IMG/VR virus record: IMGVR_UViG_3300028920_000079
Location: 1-58,269 of that record
DNA length: 58,269 nt
Source: a virus
Lineage: Duplodnaviria > Caudoviricetes
Strand: one strand, 5' to 3'
In this document: piece after piece, positions 8,749 through 15,857 of the stretch
Numbering within the stretch: position 1 is the first letter of the stretch
Layout: every line of letters begins with the position of its first letter
Program-made: the position numbers and the translations under genes
The notes under the pieces: model-generated
Databases searched by the model: none
Seen by the model: the letters and a program-made list of their open reading frames with translations, nothing else
Told to the model about the DNA's origin: nothing

Positions 8749-8923
8749 TTCCGTGTTCTTTCGCCCTATCCCAAAGGTCTTCGGGCATAGTCCGGTATTC
8801 ATTCGGAATGATTACAAGCTGGCCCTGACCGTTACATCGTGAGCAAGGCAGGTATTGTTCTTTACCGTTGCATACTGGGCATGTCTTAAGTTGCAGCATT
8901 ATGATTTCAGGTTTGTTTGTCAT
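8738..8923 (-). CDS. DnaJ-type zinc-finger small protein
   Basis: CPVCNG..CSRCNGQG. Confidence 0.65.
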   Translation of the reverse strand: MTNKPEIIMLQLKTCPVCNGKEQYLPCSRCNGQGQLVIIPNEYRTMPEDLWDRAKEHGITG

Positions 8924-9162
8924 TCATACACCTCGCCCTTCTCAGTTTTCTTCGCCTTCCCCGGAAACATCAGCCAGTCACCGTCCGGTTGCAGCTCTTT
9001 ATGTGCTGGCACACACGTATTCAGACCCGGTGTGTCGCAGGGCATCAGGTCGATAACGCTGCATCCGCAGTCTATAGTCGGATCGCACAGGCCATCGTAT
9101 CCGTTGGCGATCAGCCATGCCGCGCAGATTGCAGGGATGGTTTTTGGTTGGTCGGTTCGCAT
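8920..9162 (-). CDS. Cys-rich hypothetical protein
   Basis: L.ANGYDGL....CGC...DL.PC. Confidence 0.65.
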   Translation of the reverse strand: MRTDQPKTIPAICAAWLIANGYDGLCDPTIDCGCSVIDLMPCDTPGLNTCVPAHKELQPDGDWLMFPGKAKKTEKGEVYE

Positions 9163-9311
9163 TTCTTCACGTCCTTTCGATGTATCTCAACCATAGTATC
9201 GTGTATTTTCGATAAACACAAAACCAAAGCACAGCCAATAGATATTACAGGTTCAGGATGAAGTGGTGAGAATGTTATTAGTATAAATGCAATGAAGAAT
9301 CGCATGGTCAT
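9111..9311 (-). CDS. Small hydrophobic protein
   Basis: ATGA overlap with upstream gene; hydrophobic N-terminus. Confidence 0.45.
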   Translation of the reverse strand: MTMRFFIAFILITFSPLHPEPVISIGCALVLCLSKIHDTMVEIHRKDVKKCEPTNQKPSLQSARHG

Positions 9312-9517
9312 GATCCTCTCGCCGTTGTGTTATTCAAATCCGCTTTGATGCTCTCGCAGTATAAACAGATTTGAGTACAATCTGATTCATCGAAAAGTTT
9401 CTGCATTCTGTTGGCATCCGTTCTTATCTTTTGCCCGCACAGTGTCAAGACGCTGCCGTCAGGGAATCCGGCTGATATATCGTGGTATGGTGGCTGAATG
9501 ATGTTGGTCATAGTCAT
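9308..9517 (-). CDS. Small zinc-binding protein
   Basis: H..TLCG..CLYC; GGGAGG RBS. Confidence 0.6.
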   Translation of the reverse strand: MTMTNIIQPPYHDISAGFPDGSVLTLCGQKIRTDANRMQKLFDESDCTQICLYCESIKADLNNTTARGS

Positions 9518-9735
9518 CCTCCCGCCGTCGTATCGCCCGTTTCGATCCGCGCCCACCAGCCGCCTGACGGCCATGATATTTCATTACCTGCTTCGATCAA
9601 CATCAAAATGCTTCGGAACAGTTCCACGTAGTAAGCGTGCAAAAAGCTGGGGTGACTTGTCTTGTTTTTTCGCCACAAATACCACCCTTCAGCGGTCGGC
9701 CTGTCTTTTGTCCAGTTGAGTGTCGGCATGGTCAT
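9514..9735 (-). CDS. WTKDRP-EGWY family small protein, paralog 1
   Basis: NWTKDRPTAEGWYLWR..GGWWARIE. Confidence 0.75.
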   Translation of the reverse strand: MTMPTLNWTKDRPTAEGWYLWRKNKTSHPSFLHAYYVELFRSILMLIEAGNEISWPSGGWWARIETGDTTAGG

Positions 9736-10052
9736 GATCCTTTCGGTGTTTCGATCCGCGCCCACCAGCCACCTTTTGGCCTCGGCACTTTACACTGTAT
9801 TTCAAACAGCCAGACTGGTGCGTGCGGTGTTTTTTCCACAAAGTAAACGAGCCATTTTCGGATGTCGTTCACATTTTTCGCCCGTCGCCAGAAGTACCAC
9901 CCTTCAGCGTTCGGCCTGTCTTTTGTCCAGTTGATCGGCGCGGGTGTTCGGTTCCGCATCGCCTTCAACGCGGCCTTCAACTCAGCCTTCAACGCGGCAT
10001 TTTCTGATTCCAGTTCTTCGACCAGTTCACCTATTTTCATTGTCATCATCAT
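9732..10052 (-). CDS. Coiled coil plus WTKDRP-EGWY family protein, paralog 2
   Basis: NWTKDRPNAEGWYFWR..GGWWARIE. Confidence 0.75.
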   Translation of the reverse strand: MMMTMKIGELVEELESENAALKAELKAALKAMRNRTPAPINWTKDRPNAEGWYFWRRAKNVNDIRKWLVYFVEKTPHAPVWLFEIQCKVPRPKGGWWARIETPKGS

Positions 10053-10276
10053 CCTTCCTCGCCCGGCAGCGTGGCGGTCGGTTGATATTGAGGCCATTCT
10101 TTGCTGGGCCTAATACTACTATTCAGCATACTACAATCACGCGGACTACATAAGAATCCGTCTACATGAGGACAATCATGCGCCAAATAACACACAATTA
10201 AGGGGTCTGGATATTTTCGCTTCCATTCAATTCGTCGCCTCCACATCTTATATTTTTTAATCCACTTCATCATCAT
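10049..10276 (-). CDS. Hypothetical protein
   Basis: C..AHDC.HVDGFLC; translational coupling. Confidence 0.6.
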   Translation of the reverse strand: MMMKWIKKYKMWRRRIEWKRKYPDPLIVCYLAHDCPHVDGFLCSPRDCSMLNSSIRPSKEWPQYQPTATLPGEEG

Positions 10277-10563
10277 CCTTTCTCGCCCGGTGGCGTGGCT
10301 TTCGGTTGGTCAGTTATGTTCGGCGTGCTGTTCGGTAACGGAACTCCCGTGCCAACAATCTGTGTTTGCGTGTATCCGTCATGCTGAAATGTGACGCTGA
10401 TCGTAAACCTATTGACAGCATGAGCATCTACAAGTTTGGCATTCCGCAATGGTTTGATATGTTGCAGTGCGTGTTGTCGAACAATGGCCTTGATACGCCG
10501 GGGGTGACATGTACCTTTTTTTTCTTCAGCGGTCGACCTGTCTTTTGTCCAGTTGAGTTTCAT
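10273..10563 (-). CDS. Chimeric hypothetical protein (WTKDR N-terminus)
   Basis: MKLNWTKDRSTAE followed by unrelated sequence. Confidence 0.6.
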   Translation of the reverse strand: MKLNWTKDRSTAEEKKGTCHPRRIKAIVRQHALQHIKPLRNAKLVDAHAVNRFTISVTFQHDGYTQTQIVGTGVPLPNSTPNITDQPKATPPGEKG

Positions 10564-10724
10564 CGTGGTCCTTTCACCTTTTTTACATGAGCATCTAGCA
10601 CCGACATAATACCGCGCCAGAAGTTCGCCGCAGTGTTGTTCTGGTACATCAGATGAACCATTTCAATTATTGCTTCGCCGGTTGCACGTCCGGCACGTTC
10701 GGCTCTTGATAGTTTCTTGTTCAT
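10560..10724 (-). CDS. Small hypothetical protein (54 aa, not in ORF track)
   Basis: MNKKLSRAERAGRATGEAIIEMVHLMYQNNTAANFWRGI...; GAAAGGA RBS. Confidence 0.65.
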   Translation of the reverse strand: MNKKLSRAERAGRATGEAIIEMVHLMYQNNTAANFWRGIMSVLDAHVKKVKGPR

Positions 10725-10726
10725 GA

Positions 10727-10945
10727 TCATCCTTTCCCGCCCGGCGGCGTGTTCTCAGGAAACCACTCAGCACCTTCAGAATGCACCCGCACCTTGCCGG
10801 TCTTCGTAACATAAACTTGCAGTCTGGTCTTTGGCGTTTCGATTCCGAGCACGATCCATTTCCTTTTTTTATCGCTAGTGATTCTTGTGACTTTGGCAGC
10901 ACCGTATTCAAAGCCGTATTCTGTTTCAGCGTAGTGTATCATCAT
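10727..10945 (-). CDS. Conserved phage hypothetical protein
   Basis: HYAETEYGFEYGAAKV..LQVYVTKTGKVRV. Confidence 0.7.
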   Translation of the reverse strand: MMIHYAETEYGFEYGAAKVTRITSDKKRKWIVLGIETPKTRLQVYVTKTGKVRVHSEGAEWFPENTPPGGKG

Positions 10946-11223
10946 AATCCTTTCCCGCCCGTCACCGTGGCAGTCTGTTGGTCCGTTCTGTCTACTGCAC
11001 TGTTGGGTTGCCTTCTGTTCCATGACTTGACGGCAGCCGCCTCAGTGCGCTCACCACCCATTGAGCAGAAGCAATTTGTATTGTTGCACTGCACCCAGAA
11101 CACCACCTTGGATGTTTTCATCTGAACGTCTGTTGTCCCGCAAAACGGGCAACCCAATAAGGAGTCCGAGCGTACCTCAGAAGGCCGCGTTTCTGGTTGT
11201 TCTTGAGTCTGTTGTGTAGTCAT
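10942..11223 (-). CDS. Lar-like restriction-alleviation zinc protein (cassette gene)
   Basis: CPFCG...V.C....C......A...WNRR. Confidence 0.75.
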   Translation of the reverse strand: MTTQQTQEQPETRPSEVRSDSLLGCPFCGTTDVQMKTSKVVFWVQCNNTNCFCSMGGERTEAAAVKSWNRRQPNSAVDRTDQQTATVTGGKGL

Positions 11224-11274
11224 TCGTTTTATCCTTTGCTGGCCTTCTGAGGCCGCTCAACTTGGTCGTTAGGA
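11152..11274 (+). mobile_element. Integron attC-like site (long loop)
   Basis: R'' ACCCAAT, 5 nt, L'' GTC[C]GAGC, 12-bp stem, L' GCTCAAC, 6 nt, R' GTTAGGA. Confidence 0.8.
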
Positions 11275-11447
11275 TTACAGATAATGTCGCGCAGATCAGC
11301 CATTTTGAGCATGGCCTCGCTCAATTTGCCGTTCGCGTACTGCAACTGTTTCCATAGCCTGCGGTTCTCTGCCGCCATCTCAGCAAATTTCTGCTCGCGG
11401 CAATCGCAGGCGTGGTGATGCGTTGCACATTCTTTCGTGTTTTCCAT
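11229..11447 (-). CDS. Hypothetical coiled-coil protein
   Basis: C.THHHACDCRE motif; GGGAG RBS. Confidence 0.7.
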   Translation of the reverse strand: MENTKECATHHHACDCREQKFAEMAAENRRLWKQLQYANGKLSEAMLKMADLRDIICNPNDQVERPQKASKG

Positions 11448-11597
11448 ATTGTTCTCCCGTCCTAGTGCCGGTAAGCCCCGCCTCCGCGCCGTTCTGTGTT
11501 TTGAGTTCTGCACTCAGCATCAATAAACCCGTCAGTGATATAAGTGCAGTATGGCGCTTTGGCGGGGCGGGCCACTCGGCTTTTCCCGGCGTTTTAG

Positions 11598-11768
11598 TCA
11601 GCCATCGCCATTGCCTGAGCCATCGCCTGCGCCTGAGCCATCGCCTGAGCCATCGCCATCGCCATTGCCTGAGCCATCGCCTGCGCCTGAGCCATCGCCT
11701 GAGCCAGAGCCATAGCCAGAGCCATAGCCAGCGCCAGAGCCATAGCCCGATTTTTTTACATTTTCCAT
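11598..11768 (-). CDS. Glycine-rich (G-X)n peptide, 56 aa (not in ORF track)
   Basis: MENVKKSGYGSGAGYGSGYGSGSGDGSG...GNGDG*. Confidence 0.75.
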   Translation of the reverse strand: MENVKKSGYGSGAGYGSGYGSGSGDGSGAGDGSGNGDGDGSGDGSGAGDGSGNGDG

Positions 11769-12118
11769 ATCGGCACCTTTGCAATGTTGTCTTTTGCTGC
11801 TTGAGTGATATTTAATATCTCTATTGCATCCAGTAAAGTTACGGTTTCAACCTCACACGGAAACTTACAGGCACCCGGATTTTTTACACCTTCCATTGCA
11901 AGCTGAGAAAGGGATGCTGCACCAGACCAATACCATAAACGTCTGGCCTTTTTTATCGTGACTTCTTTGCCGTCTCTTTGGGCAAGGTATCCTGCAAATA
12001 CACCTGCTGAATATGTGCGTACGATGACATAAGGCATTTCCTCCATCGGTTCGGCTTGTTGTTGTATGGAACTTGCCTTTATGTATTTCTCTCCATTAAC
12101 TGTGATTTCTTCCTCCAT
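11756..12118 (-). CDS. DUF6948-like conserved phage protein
   Basis: YVIVRTYSAGVFAG..ARRLWYW.GAASLSQLA.EG. Confidence 0.75.
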   Translation of the reverse strand: MEEEITVNGEKYIKASSIQQQAEPMEEMPYVIVRTYSAGVFAGYLAQRDGKEVTIKKARRLWYWSGAASLSQLAMEGVKNPGACKFPCEVETVTLLDAIEILNITQAAKDNIAKVPIWKM

Positions 12119-12172
12119 TATCTGTCCCTTTCGTTTGTTGACCGGGCGGCCACTCGGCTTTTTCCGGCGTTG

Positions 12173-12394
12173 TTATTCTGACAAATCTACTTCGGCAGGT
12201 TCAGGTATCGGTTCTCGTGGTTCAGGTTCAGGTTCTGGAATTTCCCTAATCTTAACTCTGAATGTACTATACCTTTCTTCTGCTATCACTTCGTATCCTC
12301 TCGGAATTGTATTCTTGAAGCGATATTGAAAATCCGCTTTGATCAATTCCAAAACATCCTCGGTTTTATATTCTACTTGCATTTCTATGTTCAT
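12173..12394 (-). CDS. Hypothetical protein with PE-rich tail
   Basis: GGGAGG RBS. Confidence 0.65.
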   Translation of the reverse strand: MNIEMQVEYKTEDVLELIKADFQYRFKNTIPRGYEVIAEERYSTFRVKIREIPEPEPEPREPIPEPAEVDLSE

Positions 12395-12430
12395 GTCATC
12401 CTCCCTTCGTTGACCGGCCTCCCGGCGTTG

Positions 12431-12766
12431 TTAATCATCCTTGTTTATCGCTGGTATATTCGTTGCTACTGTGTGGTCAAGCAAGTCTATTACATGCCCA
12501 CTGTTCATGATGTATCCGTACACTGATTTCTTTCCGTTGATGATTGAGGTAAAGGTAATCATATTGTTTAGTTTATCGGACGGAACTTCTATCTCGACAC
12601 GCGCCCGCATCTCTGCCAGCGTTATGACCTCATAGGGGTATCCATCCAATGAAACGAGTGGAATATCTTGGTGAACTACAGTCTCGTTGTTACACGATTT
12701 TGTACACACCAGACATGCAGCTACAATGTTTATCAGACAGCAGGAAACAACAGTTACATATTTCAT
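12431..12766 (-). CDS. Hypothetical protein, hydrophobic N-terminus
   Basis: AAGGGG RBS. Confidence 0.55.
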   Translation of the reverse strand: MKYVTVVSCCLINIVAACLVCTKSCNNETVVHQDIPLVSLDGYPYEVITLAEMRARVEIEVPSDKLNNMITFTSIINGKKSVYGYIMNSGHVIDLLDHTVATNIPAINKDD

Positions 12767-12857
12767 GATTTCCCCTTTGTCTTTTCCGACACCCATTCAT
12801 TCCCGTCCATGTCATCCCTCCGTTGACCGGCTTCCCGGCGTTGTTACCATCATCCCA

Positions 12858-13061
12858 TCACTCCTCCATCGCAATCAAAAAAAGCACCATCCCCGCCAGC
12901 CCCAGCATCAGGCCGCTGGGCAGCCACAGCGTTACGTAGTCGGCCGCGTCACACGTCCCGAACACCGGTTCAATGAGTACCATGCAGCCGAACATAATGA
13001 ACGTCAGGCCGACGAATGCGGTGATGATCTTTTCGGTTGTGGTCATGGTTTGCCTTCCCAT
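12858..13061 (-). CDS. Two-TM membrane protein
   Basis: Two hydrophobic stretches. Confidence 0.6.
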   Translation of the reverse strand: MGRQTMTTTEKIITAFVGLTFIMFGCMVLIEPVFGTCDAADYVTLWLPSGLMLGLAGMVLFLIAMEE

Positions 13062-13300
13062 CTGTCACATACATTTCCCAGCCGTATGTCCGTCGTTTCG
13101 CAATTACTGACGCCCATCAACTTGCATTTGTAATATCGTTTATAGGCTTGTTTTGCGATCATCCATTTGCACGTTTTGCATCTATTCCCGCCCGGTATCG
13201 AACGGCGATATCTGTTGTCGAACTTCCACTGTTGGTATGGGCCGCGTTGTTTCTTTGCCGGTGCTATGTCCGAAACTTCTACGCCGAATAGGTCTTTCAT
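13043..13300 (-). CDS. Cys-rich hypothetical protein
   Basis: CKTC..YYKC.L.G...TDIRL..C..W. Confidence 0.75.
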   Translation of the reverse strand: MKDLFGVEVSDIAPAKKQRGPYQQWKFDNRYRRSIPGGNRCKTCKWMIAKQAYKRYYKCKLMGVSNCETTDIRLGNVCDRWEGKP

Positions 13301-13416
13301 GGTGTTCCGTCCTTGTTATTATCACCGTCATCGACCATACACGCGCATACGTACAGTATGCCGAGGATGATCACGGCGAGGCCCATTGAGAATAGTTGGA
13401 TGTTGGTGAATGTCAT
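13297..13416 (-). CDS. Small membrane peptide (39 aa)
   Basis: ATGA overlaps at both ends; one TM segment. Confidence 0.55.
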   Translation of the reverse strand: MTFTNIQLFSMGLAVIILGILYVCACMVDDGDNNKDGTP

Positions 13417-13595
13417 AGCACCCCCTTCTGCCGCCTGATCTTATCCCTGTACGCGATCTTAATAGCGTCCTCGATTGCCGCAGACCTGTTGTTGTCTGTC
13501 AGCTTAGTGATATGATCCAGAAGCAGGTAAGACTGCAGGCTAATGCTTGCAGATATCCGCTTCCACCCGTGTTCTCTCTTGCGTAGTCTCTTCAT
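13413..13595 (-). CDS. Ribbon-helix-helix regulator
   Basis: KRISASIS....LD.....NRSAAIEDAI. Confidence 0.7.
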   Translation of the reverse strand: MKRLRKREHGWKRISASISLQSYLLLDHITKLTDNNRSAAIEDAIKIAYRDKIRRQKGVL

Positions 13596-13620
13596 GCCAT
13601 ACCCCTTTCAATTGTCCGGT

Positions 13621-13720
13621 AGTTTATTAAACTTTAATACCAGAGTCAAGCAATAAACCCTATATTTTTCAATCTTTTTTCTTGCGCTCGTACAGTAATA
13701 TACAGTAATATACTGTAACG
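13621..13720. promoter_or_regulatory. Divergent promoter/operator region
   Basis: - strand TTGACT-17-TAAACT; tandem TACAGTAATA and palindrome TACAGTA-ata-TACTGTA at 13701-13717. Confidence 0.65.
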
Positions 13721-13921
13721 ATGAAATGGAAGCAGATATCCATCAGTATACCGGAAGAGGCGTTACCGTACATTAAACAGGTAGCGAAGGAACAGAATAG
13801 AACGGTAGCTTCTCTCGGTGGATGGGCACTGCTACAGCTTACAGGTTGGTACGATAGACATCCGTTAAACATGAGTGAGTTCATAGAGAATGAAAGAATT
13901 GAACGTACAAACAGACGATAG
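13721..13921 (+). CDS. Ribbon-helix-helix (Arc-like) regulator, probably leaderless
   Basis: KQISISIPE....IK.VA...NRTVA; no RBS, TATACT 6 nt upstream of ATG. Confidence 0.65.
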   Translation: MKWKQISISIPEEALPYIKQVAKEQNRTVASLGGWALLQLTGWYDRHPLNMSEFIENERIERTNRR

Positions 13922-14108
13922 AGACGTTATCATTAGAGGGCAGCAGATTGCTTCCCGCTGGGTAGAGTCTATTTCGCGGGATACTGTAACTGAAATGGCT
14001 CTGATCATGGCAAGACAGGAAAAAGTTATAGCGAAATGTACTGTTGAAATTGATCGGCTGACTAAAGAGATCAGGATACTTCAGCAGAAGCTGTCTTTAA
14101 CTGAATAA
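13890..14108 (+). CDS. Hypothetical coiled-coil protein
   Basis: ORF overlapping the RHH gene. Confidence 0.45.
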   Translation: MKELNVQTDDRDVIIRGQQIASRWVESISRDTVTEMALIMARQEKVIAKCTVEIDRLTKEIRILQQKLSLTE

Positions 14109-14310
14109 GCTTTGCCTGTCCTGCTTTGATCCGTTTCCGTTCACCGTACCGCTTTGCAATCATGTATTGATCATCGTCCAGTAGCTTTGCATTACTCTTA
14201 GCAGGCTTTTCCCACATCCCTCTGGACTTGTAATACCTTGGTCTTTCGTAGGTGCCGTCCCATACGGTAACGATACCGTCCTTGTCTCGACAATACCATA
14301 CAGTTTTCAT
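14071..14310 (-). CDS. Hypothetical protein
   Basis: WYCRDKDG; ATGA overlap. Confidence 0.6.
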   Translation of the reverse strand: MKTVWYCRDKDGIVTVWDGTYERPRYYKSRGMWEKPAKSNAKLLDDDQYMIAKRYGERKRIKAGQAKLIQLKTASAEVS

Positions 14311-14867
14311 GCTTCTGCCTTGTCCTTAAGCTGTGCTTGTGCTGTTAATCCTACACCTATAGCGGCCCATACATCCTTGCTTACACCGTACAGTGGTCCC
14401 GGCTTATGCTTCCAGCCTGTAGCATCGCACTCAGGGCACGGTTCATGGTCCCTGCCTACCCATGTCTTACCTTTACAACGCTGGCACTTCTTGCCGCCTA
14501 TAGCCTCTTCCTTGGTCGGGCCGTAATGGTCTATTATAGCCTGTCTAATAGTGCTATCGTTAGCCCTTGGGTTTTTGCATAGATGCAGCTTTACATCCTG
14601 ACGGTATATCTTGATCTTCTTGCCAGCTCGTGAGGCTTGCCAGAACCGGCCAGCCCAGAACACTGTCTCAAATGTAGACTTGCCGACGGGCATACCGTAA
14701 GAGGCAACCATTTCAACGGCTAGGACGGCGACAAAAGGCCATATGTTATACAACTCAGGCAGCATATCTTCGTTAGAAAGAAGTCCGAAGTCTTCTATCT
14801 TCGGCAAGCGATAATCTAGGACTGCATATGCCGACTGGTATGTACCGGGATCAATGGCTAAGATCAT
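14307..14867 (-). CDS. RuvC-like Holliday junction resolvase with zinc-finger insert
   Basis: ILAIDPG..AVEMVASYG..FETV.W.GRF..D.WAA; CQRC..CPEC insert. Confidence 0.75.
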   Translation of the reverse strand: MILAIDPGTYQSAYAVLDYRLPKIEDFGLLSNEDMLPELYNIWPFVAVLAVEMVASYGMPVGKSTFETVFWAGRFWQASRAGKKIKIYRQDVKLHLCKNPRANDSTIRQAIIDHYGPTKEEAIGGKKCQRCKGKTWVGRDHEPCPECDATGWKHKPGPLYGVSKDVWAAIGVGLTAQAQLKDKAEA

Positions 14868-15124
14868 GTTGTTTCCTTTAACTCGTATCGCGACAAGGCT
14901 TGCTCTAACGTCACCTTACCGCGAGCAGCCCTATGCCACAGCAGCAGACCGACAACGCCAACCTGTTCAGGCTCTATATGCTCACAGTGGGCGGCTGCAA
15001 GCAAGCATTCATCTCGCGTGTACTCGGCAAGTTCCAGAGTCATCAACGGGACACGTTGCCTACGCCATCTCTCTTCACGCTTCCACAGAGCCGACCCTTC
15101 TTGTATCATCCGTACAAATTTCAT
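14864..15124 (-). CDS. Hypothetical protein
   Basis: Start lies in the junction repeat; coupled to downstream gene. Confidence 0.55.
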   Translation of the reverse strand: MKFVRMIQEGSALWKREERWRRQRVPLMTLELAEYTRDECLLAAAHCEHIEPEQVGVVGLLLWHRAARGKVTLEQALSRYELKETT

Positions 15125-15133
15125 AATCCTACC

Positions 15134-15190
15134 CTCAAACCAGCGTCTACAGACGACGTGGATACACGCGCCTGAGACTTGTCGTTGACT
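15134..15190 (+). mobile_element. Integron attC-like site 1 of array
   Basis: CTCAAAC-5-TCT[A]CAGA-CG[A]CGTG-gata-CACG-CG-CCTGAGA-6-GTTGACT. Confidence 0.75.
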
Positions 15191-15209
15191 ATAAACTAAG
15201 GAACCATAA

Positions 15210-15488
15210 ATGAATAGAGAACCAGATTTGACGCTTAAAATACAGCAAGCGAATGTAGAACTGCGTCAATATATTTTTGCATTGGAAAAAGAAATTGCTC
15301 GCCTTCAAAAGCAGAATGCGCATCTCCAAGCGAAGGATACATCCAACCAATACAGGATCTCGCATCTTGAGCAAAGCATAGCCGACCTTCAGCGTAAAAC
15401 AAGGCTTCATGTCAACATCGGTTTGAGTTCGCAATCTACACCTCCTGATACACAATCAAGTCAACAAAAGAATCCAGCAGACGGATAA
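15210..15488 (+). CDS. Cassette-borne coiled-coil protein
   Basis: AAGGA RBS just after the core site; opposite strand to the surrounding operon. Confidence 0.7.
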   Translation: MNREPDLTLKIQQANVELRQYIFALEKEIARLQKQNAHLQAKDTSNQYRISHLEQSIADLQRKTRLHVNIGLSSQSTPPDTQSSQQKNPADG

Positions 15489-15513
15489 ACCGCCGCTGAT
15501 CCATACGTTAAAA
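15459..15513 (+). mobile_element. Integron attC-like site 2
   Basis: AGTCAAC-5-AAT[C]CAGC-AG[A]CGG-ataaa-CCG-CC-GCTGATC-5-GTTAAAA; AGTCAAC is the reverse complement of the upstream core GTTGACT. Confidence 0.85.
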
Positions 15514-15528
15514 GACCAAAGGAATATC

Positions 15529-15774
15529 ATGCAAAAACCTGTATTTTTTGTTTCTGAACGTGAATATCCTAAGCTACAAGCTGCATGCCCTGACGACTTC
15601 CCGTGGAAGTACCAAGAATTTGTTGAGCGATTTCAAAGCCTTTTGAGACATGATCCTAGCATCATCAAGATCAACGTGCGCGTAGCCGATTTTCTCGACT
15701 GGTGCAACAAGACCAAGGTCAATCCCAATAATACCTCTCGTGCTAGATATGCTGCACTTCTTTTCGCCAAATAA
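15529..15774 (+). CDS. Cassette-borne hypothetical protein
   Basis: AAAGGA RBS; Y.KL....D.FP..Y.EF..F..WC....R..YAA. Confidence 0.75.
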   Translation: MQKPVFFVSEREYPKLQAACPDDFPWKYQEFVERFQSLLRHDPSIIKINVRVADFLDWCNKTKVNPNNTSRARYAALLFAK

Positions 15775-15803
15775 TTTTAGTCTACTGTTCATACTTAATT
15801 CCT

Positions 15804-15857
15804 TTCTAATCATAAGTTGGAGCGGACGGAGTACCGCCGCTCATCTACACGTTAGGC
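15804..15857 (+). mobile_element. Integron attC-like site 3
   Basis: TTCTAAT-5-GTT[G]GAGC-GG[A]CGG-agta-CCG-CC-GCTCATC-5-GTTAGGC. Confidence 0.8.

Noticed and set aside
10316-10336. GTTCGG cores as further attC sites
   Set aside because: No matching inverse core or L boxes; at most decayed remnants.
11571-11582. GCCGAGTGG resembling a tRNA D-arm
   Set aside because: No T-arm (GTTCRA) or acceptor stem; no tRNA gene could be supported anywhere by eye.
11380-11815. W/R-rich and S/H/R-rich ORFs in the ORF track
   Set aside because: Off-frame and antisense shadows of the Gly-X repeat gene at 11598-11768.
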